The notes: generated by a model from the sequence alone, not told the origin. A stretch of DNA of 64,000 bases from Octopus sinensis (GCF_006345805.1 NC_043021.1:18042001-18106000); one strand, 5' to 3'. Shown: positions 13,331 to 27,220, counted from the first letter of the stretch. Numbers and translations: made by a program.

Positions 13331-16300
13331 GTGTGTGTGCATGCACCCACGTTTTCACTAGCGCATCTTCACACCCACCTATACACTATATTGTGTGTCA
13401 CACGTCATGCAACCCCCCCCCTTCTACCTTCTCGCTTTAACACATCACCACCAGCCTCCCCACCCCCCCCGTCTTCGCTCACCGCTGGTTTTGAAGAGCT
13501 TCTGTGACGATTATTCTACGTTCGCGCACACACATACACACACACACACCACGCCGAGCACTTTCACTCTCTCTCTCTCTCTCTCTCCTTTACACGCAAT
13601 TGCATTCATTCTGATGATAACTCACTCCCTGTCAGTATTATTGCCCGGAAAGAAAAAAAAAAACGAGTGTGTGTGTCGTGACGAGTACAAGTTGTGTTCC
13701 TATTTACCTTGTAAGCTAAATATTTTATTCCGTATGCGAGGTGTTGCCTCTGTTATAACAATATAACCGTGAGCGCACGCGCAAGCGTTGATGAGGGGCT
13801 TCGCCACACAGATGAGTGAGCGGTAAAAACGAAATTCACGGCTCAAGAGTTGCTGTCCTTCGATGATGTTCTCACTTAAAATTTTTCTACCCCAGTTCAA
13901 GAGGTTATCCACCCGTATACGCACTGACCTATTTCACTAACCATCTTTTTCTCTTTCTATTTTTTCACCCCCGCACTTTCGCTCCATCACACACTCCATC
14001 TCTCTCTCTCTCTCTCATTTTAATCCATTTCTTCACATCCGCTTTCTCTATCTCTTGTTTTCTTAATCTCTCCTCCATCCCCTCTTTCTTCGTCATTCAT
14101 CATTCTGCCCCCCCTCCCCCTCCTCATCCTTCACCCCTTTATCTACTTAATCTCCCTTCCTTTTTTTCCCCCCTCTTCTCTCTCCACGCATCTTTTACTC
14201 CCTTGTTCTTATCTACATCACTGTCATCATCATCATCATCATCGGCCTCACCCCTACCGACTTCTTCCTCCCTAACTTTTAATGATTTTTCTCTCTGTGT
14301 CATGTATTCATTCCTTCTACTCGGAAGCAATAATTATAATATAATAATAATACATAAAATGTTGTGCGTATGCATCCTGGAAGATTTAAAAAATAAACTC
14401 GTACTTTTTAACCACTATCATCAATACTACGAACAGAGACTCCTTACAATCCGGCAATCTTGTCTTAATTGGTATTTCTAATACTTTACAGCTTCAACTC
14501 TTATCTCTCTCTATTCCTCCCTCACTTCTTCAACTCTTTCTCTCTCTCCATCCTCCCTCTTCTCACTTTTATTTCTTCATCTTTTCTTTGCTTCTGTACT
14601 TTCATTCATTTATCTCTCTCGCTCGCTTTCTCGTACCTTCTCCCCTTTCTGCTGTGTGAGTCTCATATCCATTCACATGATCCTTTTTCATACGATGTTA
14701 ATGTCTGTTGTCATTCGCCTCGCCTCATCATCATCATCATCGCCGTCGTCATTGTCATCGGCGCTGTCAGCTTACAACAGTACAACGTTTTTCTATTTGA
14801 AGTCATTTATCCACTACAAGTCGCACGTATCTGAACGAGTAAATAACGGAGGAAGGAGAAGAAGAGATGGTGATACCAAAGCAAGGGACGAGAACTGATG
14901 AAAGAAAGAGTGTGTGAAGGAGAGAGAGGTTGAACCGGGGTTTAAAAGAGATTATTTCATTGACCCCCGCCTCTTCTACTTTTGTTGCCATTAACAAGTT
15001 TGTTGTCAGTCGATTTGTCACTTGGAAAAAAAACCCCAAAAAAACTTGGAAATGGCTTTGACGGCTGCGGGCTGGACCTATGTTTTTGTCATTGGATTGC
15101 GACCATGCTGGAGCATACAGCTGTGTGTCTTAGCCCCCAACAAATCGACTACAGTACTTTTTTTTTTTATATATATATATCTGGTAACTTATTCAATTGG
15201 TCGCTTTTACTGAACGGCTTAGTTCACAGGAATGTAAACAAACCGACACCGGTTATCAAGCGGTGGAGAGGGGGGGTTGACAGACACACACAGATATTTG
15301 TTTATAATAAAATGATCATACACACATATACTTTAAACTATTTCACCGGCTTTAAGTCAGTTAACAACCATGGCCATGCTGGAGCACCGTCTTCAAAGAA
15401 CTCGTGCGGGATTTCATCTCAAAACATTCATATACATGCATATTTCCATTCTCAATTCCTTTATCATCTTTAGGCCCCACCTTTTCTCTCCCTCATCATT
15501 CACTCATTTCCATTCTTCTTTCTTTTCTTCTCTCTATCATTACTTTCTCATCTCGTTTATATTCGTCCTCATCCACCTCTCTCTACCCTACACATCCACC
15601 TCTCTCTCCATTTGATCCTTTTCTACGCGTCTTCACTTTCTCATCATCACCTCTCCTTCCATCTCACTCTGATCTCTTCCCTCTTTCCTTATCTATACCT
15701 CTTCCTCCCTCCTTCCTTCCTTCCTGCCCCCCTTCCATCACCCATACAATATAAAATCGATTTTAACTATAAGGAATATGATTTCGTTTATAAATCACAA
15801 ACTTCACATTTAAACAACACACAACACACAGACACACACACACATCTGAACATCTTGAGAGAGAGAGAGAACAGTATCAGCGTAGCTACAAGACGATGGT
15901 ATCGCTTATAGTCCAGCGTGTGGTGAGAGAGAGAGAGAGAGAAAGAAAGAAAGAGAGACAGAGATAGAGGAGTCACTTATTGAGATTGGTGTCAATAGAA
16001 TATGCTGATGAGCTGCAGTGGTGTAAGTGAGTAGGTTGGTATTGGTGGTGGTGGTCAGGTAGTTTACTAGTTTAACAGCCTCATTCACAGCTATTACTGA
16101 AGCAATTTCACTACCTTTTCTCTATCCATCTATTAACTTATCTTCCTCTCTCTCTCTCTGTAATATATTTAATTTCTTGTGTTGTTTCCTTCTTTATCTC
16201 TCACCTCTAAGTACTATTACCAACGTCCCTCTTTCTTAATATATCGTCCCTTCTCTCTCTTAATATATCTATATCTCTTTCCAGTTTCTTTCTATCTATC

Positions 16301-16811
16301 TATCTCTCCCTGCTCTGCCTATTTGTCTATCTTCTCTCTCTCTCTCTTTTTCCTTCGGTATATATTCTTTTATGATGTATATAACCTCATCCTCCGTTTT
16401 AAGTTCTGTGTCTACGTCTCATTATCTATTTTCAGCCTCTCTCTCGCTCTCTCTTTCTCTAGTCAAGCTCTTATAATTTCTCTCTCTCTCCTCTCATCTA
16501 TCAAGTGCTATTTTCCCCTCCTCCTCCTCCTAACCCTCCACCACAAACCGATTCGCTGTTGTCGAACACACACACACACACACACACCCACGGACACACA
16601 CACACACAGAGTAACAGGGCGACACTTAGATGTACACACAGATCGGTGACTAATTATATTGCCGCCTCTCGTTCCATCTCTCAGTGATGTGTATCTAGGA
16701 GCTATCGAGACGGAGAATGGTCAGGTTTGGATAGATAGATAGTAACTCAGCTTACTAGTGCTGAGGTGTGCATGTTCGAGTCCCTTTTGTTTGCTTGAGA
16801 GCACTCCACCA

Positions 16812-16830
16812 CTCAGTCAGTCAGTCAGCT
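16812..16830 (+). promoter_or_regulatory. Candidate initiator (TCAGT) cluster / TSS
   Basis: ACTCAGTCAGTCAGTCAG about 90 bp upstream of a strong-context ATG and splice donor, within the CpG-retaining domain. Confidence 0.3.
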
Positions 16831-16904
16831 TCGTAACACAAGACAAAACAAGACAACCGCTTCTTTCTCTCTCCCATTCACAATAAATTCACTCGACTCT
16901 TAAA

Positions 16905-16924
16905 ATGGATCTTTCCGAAAACTG
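16905..16924 (+). CDS. Candidate first coding exon (MDLSEN+W/C, phase-2 intron), product unknown
   Basis: TAAAATGG start context followed by CTG|GTAAAT donor; unique sequence; no partner exon identified. Confidence 0.4.
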
Positions 16925-19604
16925 GTAAATTTTTACGTAGTAAAGGAAATGTTGACATTTAAAATCTAGATCTGATAGAGAAAGTATGTGAATGCGTGTA
17001 TGTGTGTGTGTGTGTGTGTGTTAGATAGGAATATTCGCAACAGTTAGTGTAAATTATGTAATAGTTAACATTAAAAGGTTAGTTAGAAATAATTATGCAT
17101 ATTTGTAATTGGGTAAGGCAAGTCGATTTATTAGTGGAAGGAGTCGATAGTTCGTGTCACATGTCAGCGATGCCACTCCGTTTTAGAGGCATCTTACTTC
17201 CACTGTCCCACTTTATCTAACTGTAAATAGGTACAACTAACGTAGCTCAGAGCTGGGGCTGCACGGCCCCTTTATGTATTTTGTACGAAGAAAGGGTAGG
17301 TTTTTGCTAGAACGGACTCCCTCCAAATATATTATAATTAGATTGAAATAAAGGTGATTGATAGTGGTGGGCTTAACGAGGGTGTTTTCCTTACCTTTCA
17401 CACCTCTACAGGTTAAAAATTGCGACAGACATGCAAAGCTCTAGACCACTGAGAATCAAGGGGTTTGGCCTTATGAAAACTACCGATTCAGCGCCCATGC
17501 CGGAGCACGAATCGCCGACGCCTGTGTTAATCTGTGTTGTCTCCACAACCACCATCCACGTACATGCTTGTGTTCTCTCTAAGGGTTCACAACAGTAAAG
17601 CAATATCACACACACACACACCGAGTGAGGAAGCGGAAGTAAAATCGGAATGATAACCGATGCTGGAAATATTGTTGGAATGATATTTGTGTGGGGTGGG
17701 GTGTGTGGGGTGGGGTGTGTGTGTGGGGAGAGGCTCATAACAGTAACAGGTGCCCACTAAGTGTCCGTTCACTGTGACACGGCGAGTGACGACTAGCCAC
17801 AGGTCAGTTAGGACTAAGCAGGCCTGTGATCAAAAAGCATTCCGACTTCAGCCATTGGTCTAATTTTTTTTGTATATTTCTGTATAGACACAATGTATCA
17901 CATTATCGATAGTATGCGTTTTTTTTTTTTTTTTTTAATACGATAGGGTGTGATTTGAGGGCAGATTTATGATTTATTTATCTGTTATCTCTAGCAGACT
18001 GAGCGACCACGTTTGAAGCTGCCTTATTAGTTTGTGATGTTGTTGGATAGATATTGGCAGAGGTTCGAACTTATTTCGGTTGGTTGCGATCCACCCAAAG
18101 AATAACGGAACTGGCAGGCGGACAGACTTCTTGTCTGGGAATTCTCGCTTATCTTCCGCTATTGCTCCGCCTTCCCCGCCACATCCAGCTTGTAAATAAG
18201 AGAAGTGGGGTAAACGCGGTAGTCCGAGCTTTTTACCACTTTGCGTGTGAAAAGGTTTTGGGCTTTGACGTCAATCTTACACACACACACACTTTTATTA
18301 TTTCTAGGTCGGCAACAACAACATCCGCCTTGAAAAGAAAATATAGTGAAAAAAACAGAGAAAAATCGTCATTACTTAAATACCAGCAAACAACGACATT
18401 ATTAATAAACACAACAAAATGATACCATTTTGGGACAATGGTCATCGAAACTAGAGGCTGGATTTTTTATTTGAAATAATAGGTGTGTAGGTTGTGTTGA
18501 AAAAGCCGCGCATATATGACGTCAGAATTACGGCTGTTACGTCATGGCTACCAATATAGAGAGCGAAGTCACAATTTCGCCTACGAAATTTTTTAAGGTT
18601 CACTTAATGTTTTTAATTCTTTCTAAGGGTGCTTGGTGATTTTTCTCGTTTCGAGAAAAAACCCTATTTAACCGTAAAATATATATAGCCGTGTGTCAAA
18701 AGAATAAATTGTTTTTATAAATATTTTTCTCGTTTTCTTTTTTCGGGTACTCCCACAAGAATTGCCCAGTTTTCAATCGATATATATTTTAAATAATTGA
18801 TATAGGGAGCCCCCTATTCCCAGGGTAGAAAAAAAACCCTATTTATTATCAGAAGTGAATTACAGGACTACAGGGTGTGTATGAGCACGTGGTAGTGGGG
18901 ATCGTCTGTGTTGGGGGGAAAATAAGTTTGATTTTAAAAATTTATAAATACGTAACTGAAATTCTTGTTTTGGTTTTGAAGACTTTGGGCCAGAAACTTC
19001 GTTAGCGAGTGATTTCAAATTTGAACTTAAGCGAAATTTCGCTCATGGCTGGGGTGGAATGAGCGGGTGTTAGTGCTCCACCCCTCCGGCGGTACAGTCG
19101 ACCTGTTAGAAATAACAGCTAAGTTTCTTGATATTACGCTGTGTCGTCTTGGATCTTTTCTAAAAGATGGACAGAATTTTCTACTTAACTAAATACCATC
19201 TTTTAGAAAAGATCTGTCGTCTTTAATATAAAGTTGGAGACAATGAACCCTGTAGCTCTCAAAATATAAAGCACATTGGATGGTTATAGTGAGATTGCTT
19301 TTGATCAGAGGGTTGATTGTTCATCTAGTGTTGACCTGGGGTTAAATAGAAATAAAAGATCTGTAAGAAAAATAATCAGTAAAAATCCAGGTTCAGGTTT
19401 CCTGTTACAGCGTTAGCAAATCACAATGAGATAGATGTACAATAATAAATAATTATTTACAATAATAACTATTGAGGATGGAATTAATAGCGCTTTTGTT
19501 TCCACCTCACAGCAATTCCTGCTGCAAAGGGAACCCTCACTGAAATCGGGACAATTTTTTTTCCTTTTAAATAAAAAAAAAAAAAAATCCTTGTTTTAGC
19601 ATTA

Positions 19605-20060
19605 TCGAAAAAATGAAACGGTCTGATTGGATAACAGTTTGGTGGGTATTCCATCACCATTGCTCGTCACCAGTCGGTAAAATATTCGGGTGGGTGAATG
19701 TGTCGTCTTTCCTCTTTTAGTGTCGCTATTCAGACCAGATTCCCTCTCTATAATTCCCCGTTTACTCACTACGCATGTTCCCAGCCTCATCAGTCCCACT
19801 TCCACCCAGAGGATGAAGGCAGGGCTTGCAAAGGTCGTAGGTACTGGCCCTCTGTCCTCTAATTAGCTTATGAAACTAAACATGCTTTGTCGTGAAGCAA
19901 ACCTTAGTTGCTCCCTCATCCCCTGCATCGCCGAAAATGTTACGCTTTGCCCTAATCCTCTGAACATGGTGTGTAAAGGGGACGACAATCCGTTCAGCAT
20001 TATCATCACACCGTTTGTAAATTCTGTGGTTATCTAAACCATTGAGGAGACCTGTCAAGT
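19605..20060 (-). mobile_element. Decayed Penelope-like element 3' fragment (tentative)
   Basis: Peptide ERIVVPFTHHVQRIRAKRNIF...KVCF loosely resembles the post-RT linker of PLEs; followed by a CTGATGAGGCTGG...CTGGTCTGAA hammerhead-like relic. Confidence 0.3.
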
Positions 20061-20689
20061 GTCATAGTGTATCTGGGACTGTTCAATATGACCCCTTTTA
20101 ATTGAAGACTTTAGGGTGCGGTTTGAGCAAGATTTGACTATTTGTAATAGACCAAGCGACGATGTAGTTTCTGCTACAAATATTTCACTGACCCCTGCTG
20201 GACAGTTTACTAAATTCTTCTTCACCTTTCCTAATTACCGGGAGTAGATTAATACAGTGTGCCATTGTTGAAGGAGGCTAGTGTTCACGAATGCATGACA
20301 TAAAATGACAATACAAAGAGATTCTCTGGGAACATCACCCAAGATAGACTAGCATCTTATACAGGTAGATACTTTATCTTTCACCAGTTTAACGGAGTAG
20401 AATCTGGAGTTAATATCAGGGTGTTGCTGATAGTTAACAAAGAATTTGATTTAACACCAATTATACTGCTGGCATTTTTTTAACTGACCACAAATCGATG
20501 GAGAATATCCTAAGGACCCCTAACCCCAAAATGCACGACCCATCAACAAATTTGTCTCATGTCAAACAAATCGTAATTGTGTGTGTGTGTGTGTGTGATC
20601 TGCCTATAAAGCTTCGTAACTGTGAATGGAATTGTAATTGAAGATTTTAGAGATGTGAAGGATCTCTGGAGTAATGTTACTTGAGAGGG

Positions 20690-20970
20690 TGCATAGCTCA
20701 TAGCTCTAGGTTGAGCCGCTCCTTTCATGCATTGAGAGGTCACAGCTGTGGTTAGAATGTCGCAGGAATGAACTGCAAGACGGATTCTTCAAGCCAAGCC
20801 AACTAGTAAGAGGCCGAGGAATAGACCAAGAATGAAATACTAGGTAATAGCGAGAAAGTGTAATGACAGCTGCTTCTGATAGGACCCTATGGAGGAAGTA
20901 CCTGAAAACTCTACCCCTGCGAACCTCCCAGGAATTGTTGGCGGAGAAAACGAATGAATGGATGGATGTT
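20690..20970 (+). mobile_element. RTE-clade LINE 3' relic
   Basis: EPLLSCIERSQL..RMSQE*TARRILQAKPTSKRPRNRPRM-like reading; GAAT/GGAT tail. Confidence 0.75.
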
Positions 20971-21059
20971 CTGTGGCAAGACACAGGGTTCAGAGTACCG
21001 GTATTTTTCCTGTGTTGATGGATAAGACACGCATTGTTGTTGATTTTCCATGTTCATAA

Positions 21060-21372
21060 GGCGGCGAGCTGGCAGAACCGTTAGCACGCCGGGCGAAATG
21101 CGAAGCCGTATTTCGTCTGCCGTCACGTTCTGAGTTCAAATTCCGCCGAGGTCGACTTTGCCTTTCATCCTTTCGGGGTCGATAAATTAAGTACCAGTTA
21201 CGCACTGGGGTCGATGTAATCGACTTAATCCGTTTGTCTGTCCTTGTTTGTTCTCTCTGTGTTTAGCCCCTTGTAGGTAGTAAAGAAATAGGAATTTCGT
21301 CTGTCTTTGTGTTCTGAGTTCAAATTCTGCCGAGGTCGACTTTGCCTTTCATCCTTTCGGGGTCGATAAATT
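21060..21372 (+). mobile_element. SINE family A plus a tandem partial copy
   Basis: Full copy to ~21292, then the internal part TTTCGTCTG...GGGGTCGATAAATTA is repeated. Confidence 0.9.
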
Positions 21373-22242
21373 AGACGAGTCAGGCTGTGGCAGCTGTTCA
21401 TGAGTTGGTACTGTCTACAGTTACATTCAACGGTGTATCCTTCCTTTTCAAAGATAGCAGGGTGTGATTTGAGGCCGGTTTAGTAATTAATTCTAGTAGA
21501 TCGAGTGAGTACGTAGAGATTCTCTCGCTGGATTTTGATAGGTATTTCCCATGAGCAAATGATTTTCAGCTTTTCACATTAAGGTCAACTGATGACAAGG
21601 GACTTTCTAGACACTTCGGAAGTTAAACAACAAAACTCGGGGAAATTGACGGTGACCTTCGTTCTTATAATTGAGTTTACCAAGGGACAAAGAGCAGAAT
21701 AATTCTAATGTGCCAGAAAGGGCCTTTCTCTCGCCACAGAATTAGGGGAGGCTGTCCACTATATTAATATTGTACAGTGATTGTCTCATCACTATTTCAG
21801 CGAGTCCGGTGAAGTTTATGCTTCGCTGATGAGGTCATAATAATACAGAAAAATGTCCGAAATTGTCCATATTTTCTATCATCATTTTCTCCCCGTTACT
21901 ACATGATTATTTCTAGTTTAGTTGTTCAACGCTTAATACATGGAATATATTGAAGAGAACTATATATATATATATATATATATATATCCACGTACTTGGC
22001 TATGATTGGTCACACCAAAGAACGCTGTTCAAAGTAGTCGTAAACATCTTAGAAAATCAGAAAATGTGAGTTGGTGGACCATGAGATGTCGAGGCTCTTC
22101 TACAAACTTCCTTCTCACCTGCCATCCATCTACACTTCTTCCATTAATGCCCTCCTCTTATTAATTTCCTACTAGCTTCATATTGGCACTTGCCATCATT
22201 AACTTCCTAATTCTATGTATTGCCATTATTTATTCTTTAGAG

Positions 22243-22419
22243 CAGTGCTTTTCAAACTTTTTGCTGGAGCGGAACCCCAAGGAAACATTCCACTGGCTAG
22301 AAGAACCCGTGCAATAATTTAATAGTCTTATGCACACATATCTGCACAGGAGAATTAAAAATTACTGCCGATTTTAGCAGTTTTGTAACTTCTTGCGGAA
22401 CCCTGGTTGAAAACCACTG
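22243..22419. mobile_element. hAT (Charlie-like) MITE
   Basis: TIRs CAGTGCTTTTCAA / TTGAAAACCACTG; 8-bp TSD CTTTAGAG / TTTTAGAG. Confidence 0.85.
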
Positions 22420-22560
22420 TTTTAGAGAAACATCTCTAAGGATAAAATAAAAAGAATTAAAAAAATAAACAAATCCAAAATATAAAAAAAAATTCTTACC
22501 CCTATAATAGGGCCAGTTTAAGAAAACTGTCGGCCAGCCCGAGGGTAATCCTGAAGGCGT

Positions 22561-23109
22561 GTGGCCAAGAGGTTACGGGATTCAGTTCACGATCGTAATG
22601 CCGTGAGTTCGAGCAAGACACTTTATATCACGTTGCTCCAGTCCACTCAGCTGGCAAAAATGTGTTTGCACCTGTACTTCAAAAGGGCCAGCTTTGTCAC
22701 TTTCTGTGTCCCGCTGAATCTCCCTGGGAACTACGTTAAGGGTACGTGCATTTATGGAGTACTCAGCCATTTGCACGTTCGTTTCACGAGCAGACTGTTC
22801 TGTTGATTGGGTCAACTGCAAACCTCGCCGTCGTAGTGGCCAAGAGGTTATGGTGTTCAGTTCATGATCGTAATGCCGTGAGTTCGAGCAAGACACTTTA
22901 TATCACGTTGCTCCAGTCCACTCAGCTGGCAAAAATGAGTTTGCACCTGTACTTCAAAAGGGCCAACCTTGTCACTTTCTGTGTCCCGCTGAATCTCCCT
23001 GGGAACTACGTTAAGGGTACGTGCATTTAGGGAGTACTCAGCCATTTGCACGTTCATTTCACGAGCAGACTGTTCTGTTGATTGGGTCAACTGCAAACCT
23101 CGCTGTCGT
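22561..23109 (+). repeat. Two tandem 275-bp copies of a family C-related SINE
   Basis: GTGGCCAAGAGGTTA at 22561 and 22836; 3' half matches 61600-61745. Confidence 0.9.
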
Positions 23110-23392
23110 AATTTGTTTTTGAATTCTGATAGAATAAGATCCATAGTGGAAGGCATTCCAGTCGTGAAAGATCCTTCAATTTCAAAGCTGAAGAGGGCCG
23201 ATTTCTTGTAGGTCCACCAAACCATATTGTCATACCCGCGTTAGTTCATCTCTTAAGAAAGCAGTTTCCTGTAATTGGGGTAGAAACGATCTCTGAGACA
23301 AACTAATGAAGGGAACTCCCAACAAGGTCACTCGATCGACAAGGAAAAGCAACCATAATCTTGGATACACCATGTTTGAATAAATGACAGAA

Positions 23393-23806
23393 GCAGGAGT
23401 GGCTGTGTGGTAAGTAGCTTGTTTACCAACCACATGGTTCCGGGTTCAGTCCCACTGCGTGGCACCTTGGGCAAGTGTCTTCTACTATAGCCTCGGGTCG
23501 ACCAAAGCCTTGTGAGTGGATTTGGTAGACGGAAACTGAAAGAAGCCCGTCGTATATATGTATATATATATATGTATGTATGTGTGTGTATATGTTTGTG
23601 TATCTGTGTTTGTCCCCCTAGCATTGCTTGACAACCGATGCTGGTGTGTTTATGTCCCCGTTACTTAGCGGTTCGGCAAAAGAGACCGATAGAATAAGTA
23701 CTGGGCTTACAAAAGAATAAGTCCCGGGGTCGAGTTGCTCGATTAAAAGCGGTGCTCCAGCATGGCCACAGTCAAATGACTGAAACAAGTAAAAGAGTAA
23801 AGAGAG
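23393..23806 (+). mobile_element. SINE family B, full length
   Basis: tRNA-like head (GGTTCAGTCCC), CCTTGGGCAAGTG block, internal (TA)/(TG) tract, GAGTAAAA-repeat tail. Confidence 0.92.
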
Positions 23807-24306
23807 TCACTGATGGAGCGCTTTTGACTACCACCACCACCACCACCACATTAGAAGAGTGCATGAAACCAGTTTACTAACTAATGAACTCGATACAGTG
23901 TCTACTATTATAATTTGACTGTGACTTCGAAGTATTGCTCTGTGTGTGTGTGTGCCGGAGGTTTTAGAAACTAGGGGTCCGCAGGGCTGAGGTTGGGAAG
24001 GAGACAGAAGTGGTAAAATGTTACAAGATCGAATCCTGTGAAAGGAAAAGTAGAGGAACACAGTCCCCTTGCCCCCCCCATCCCACCCCTATACATAGGA
24101 ACGGACTCAATCATTCCATAACAATTATCTCATCGCATTTTCTTCCTTTCTTCTCTTTTTTCCAATGCAGTCGTAATGGAGAGAATTATCTAATTTACAT
24201 ACTTACTACTCCGGATACAGTCACAGCAAATGATTAATGTGTTGTGTTGAAAGGGGAGGGTTAATGATTTTATGCCGAGTGATAAAAGGTTAATAATTTA
24301 ATATAA

Positions 24307-24700
24307 GCGCAAGTGTGGCTGTGTAGTAAAAAGTTTACTTTCCAACCACATGGTTCCGGGTTCAGTTCCACTGCGTGGCACCTTGGCCAAGTGTCTTCTG
24401 CTATAGCCTCGGGCCGACAAAAGCCTTAGGAGTGGATTTAGTAGGCGGAAACTGAAAGAAGCCCGTTGTATAAATGTGTGAGTGCGTGTTTGTCAGTGTT
24501 TGCTCCCTGCGACCGCTTGACAACCGATATTGGTCTGTTTACGTCCCCATAACTTAGCAATTCGGCAAAAGAAATCAATGAAATAAGTAGCAGGATTGAA
24601 AACAAATGTCCTGGAGTTGATTCGTTCGACTAAAAATTTTCCAAGGTGGTGTGCCCCAGCATGGCCGCTGTCTAATGAATGAAACAAGAGATTAAAAACC
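24307..24700 (+). mobile_element. SINE family B, older copy
   Basis: Collinear with 23393-23806. Confidence 0.85.
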
Positions 24701-26192
24701 AAAACAATAACAACAAAATAAATAACCCGGTGAAATTACTTGAAGAAACAAGCCCGTCGTTGGGAAATAATTAGAAGCGACTCTGGATACAGTTACATCC
24801 AATGGAATATGAGGATTTAGTGAGGACCGTAAGCGGAGCGAAAGTCAACAAAGCTGCAAACTGCTTCACTCTCGTGTTTCTGCTGGTTACAACTGTTGCT
24901 TCTCTCACCTCTTCTTCCCCTCATTCATTCTACCCCCATCTCCTGCCTTGCTCAGCAGCCCCCCCCCCATCTCGACCCTCATTGTGCAAAACCTAACACA
25001 TACACACACACTCGTGCGCATAAATTTCTGGAATAGTCCACCCTGGACTGTATATTCCAATGTGTTCTTTTTAAAGACGGCGTGGTTTAAAGGGAGATTG
25101 GTTGCTATTTCTAGCATGTCGAGCGACCACAAAGAGGCTCTACCGTTGGTTGGGTCGTAGGTTTGCTATTCAGTCAAAGACCTATAACATCCGTTTACAC
25201 TACCAATGTGCCGCATCAGACGTGTGTGCTTCGTATGGTCAGCAGGTGTGCCACGAGTTTTTAAAACCTGTGTTTGTTTAACGCACCAACCACATTGGTG
25301 CATGTGTATTTTTCCCTGGTAAAGTGCAATGTGTCTTGCGTTTGTCCTATATTTTAAAACAATGTTGATATTTGTTTTGCATATAAATAAAAACATTTTA
25401 AAATGCTGTTGGTGTTTCGTGACTGTTTTAGTATCTTCTGTACTTGTAACAATGGTTTGAAAAAAAAAAAAAATAATGATAAAATGGATTAGAAATCGTT
25501 GATATGAAACACAAACACGCTCTTTCTTTATCGAGACACTCCGCGTTAAGCTAAAAGTGCTGTAAACCTGTTTCGAAAGAAAACAAGGGGACTTTTATGT
25601 AATCGCTCAGCTTGTCAGGTATAACAACAGCCACATTCTCCTTCAAAATCACACCCAACGTTGGGCTGGTCACAACCGAAACGTCTTTGATTATCGGTGT
25701 TTACGCAATCGGGCTCGGTTGAACAACATCGATCACACAATCGCGCACACACACACACACACCAACTTTCACATTTGGTCAATGGACTTCGTTCGCAAAC
25801 AATGGTCTTACTCTCTCTCTCTCTCTTTCGCTCTTTCACTCACTCATCACTATTTCTGTCTTCTACGTGCTCGTCCATGGTTCATTTGACGATACTTTTG
25901 TTTCTCACATACACACACACACCTATAGTCATTTTGACGATACCTTTGTCTCTCTCTCTCTCATGCACACATGTGGTACCATGTACAGGTGCGGCAATTA
26001 ATTTCGCCGGAGACATCCAAGGGTCACGACCCTGTTTAGTTGCATCAAGTTGCATATAACATCGTCTTTACCGTTGCACCACGATTTGAGAAAATCGGAA
26101 GAGGTGAAACTGAACAATCACATCTTCAAACGAGGAACCGCCGCCGTTCTACGGACGAAGGGAGTGTTCAATATATATATATATATATATAT

Positions 26193-26242
<50 letters not shown>

Positions 26243-26264
26243 AGTTGGGTCTCGGATAAAATAC

Positions 26265-26412
26265 CTTGTGGTCGACTTTACCTTTCATCCTTTCGGGGTC
26301 GATAAATTAAGTACCAGTTACGCACTGGGGTCGATGTAATCGACTTAATACCTATGTCTGTCCTTGTTTGTCCCCTCTGTGTTTAGCCCCTTGTGGGTAA
26401 TAAAGAAATAGG
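26265..26412 (+). mobile_element. SINE family A, 5'-truncated
   Basis: 3' half only. Confidence 0.85.
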
Positions 26413-26799
26413 TATTTACTTGGACTAATGTTACTTGACAGGGTCAAGTCACACTGTCCGAGTTGAAATCCTACCAGATTGACTTAGCTTTCGCCATCTC
26501 GAGATCGATAAAATAAGTATGTCTACAAAAAAAAAAACCCCAAAAAACCCCTGTATGGATGCATACGTATATACAACACAGACACGCACACACACACTAA
26601 CATCTATATGGGTACATTAAAATACGTGCCTTGATATATTAATGAGAAGATGATAGATAGATCTAATAAAAAGAGATCAGTTAAGTTAAGAAAGACTTCG
26701 TTTCATTAAGTGTCGCATCGCTGCTCGTATAAATAGATCAGTTGAATATCATTTTTATAAACTGATAGCTCTGCACCCTCCCCCCCTTCTTTGCTTGGC

Positions 26800-27220
26800 A
26801 TTCTCTCTCTCTCCCTCTCCGTCTGACTCTCTCTCTTTTTCTTTCTCTCTCCACATCACTATCTCCCGCCTCTGTGACATTCTCTCTTTCTCTTTCTCTC
26901 TCGCCGTGACTCTATTCCCTCTCTCCGTGGTTTCTTTCTCTTTCTCTCTCCCCGTGGTTCTCTTTCTCTCTCTCCACATCACTATCTCCCGCCTCTGTGA
27001 CATTCTATCTCTCTCTCTTTCTCTCTTCCCGTGGTTCTCTCTTTCTCTCTCCCCGTGGTTCTCTCTCTCTCTCTCTCTCTCCACATCACTATCTCCCGCC
27101 TCTGTGACATTCTATCTCTCTCTCTCTCTCTTTCTCTCTCGCCGTGACTTTATTCCCTCTCTCCGTGGTTCTTTCTTTCTCTCTCTCTCTCTCATCTCTC
27201 TCTCCCCGTGGTTCTCTCTC
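26800..27220. repeat. Compound (CT)n-embedded minisatellite
   Basis: CCACATCACTATCTCCCGCCTCTGTGACATTCT three times and repeated CCGTGGTT modules separated by (CT)n. Confidence 0.85.

Noticed and set aside
13860-13930. C/D box snoRNA (ATGATG...CTGA)
   Set aside because: Imperfect C box, no terminal stem, no convincing rRNA guide next to the D box
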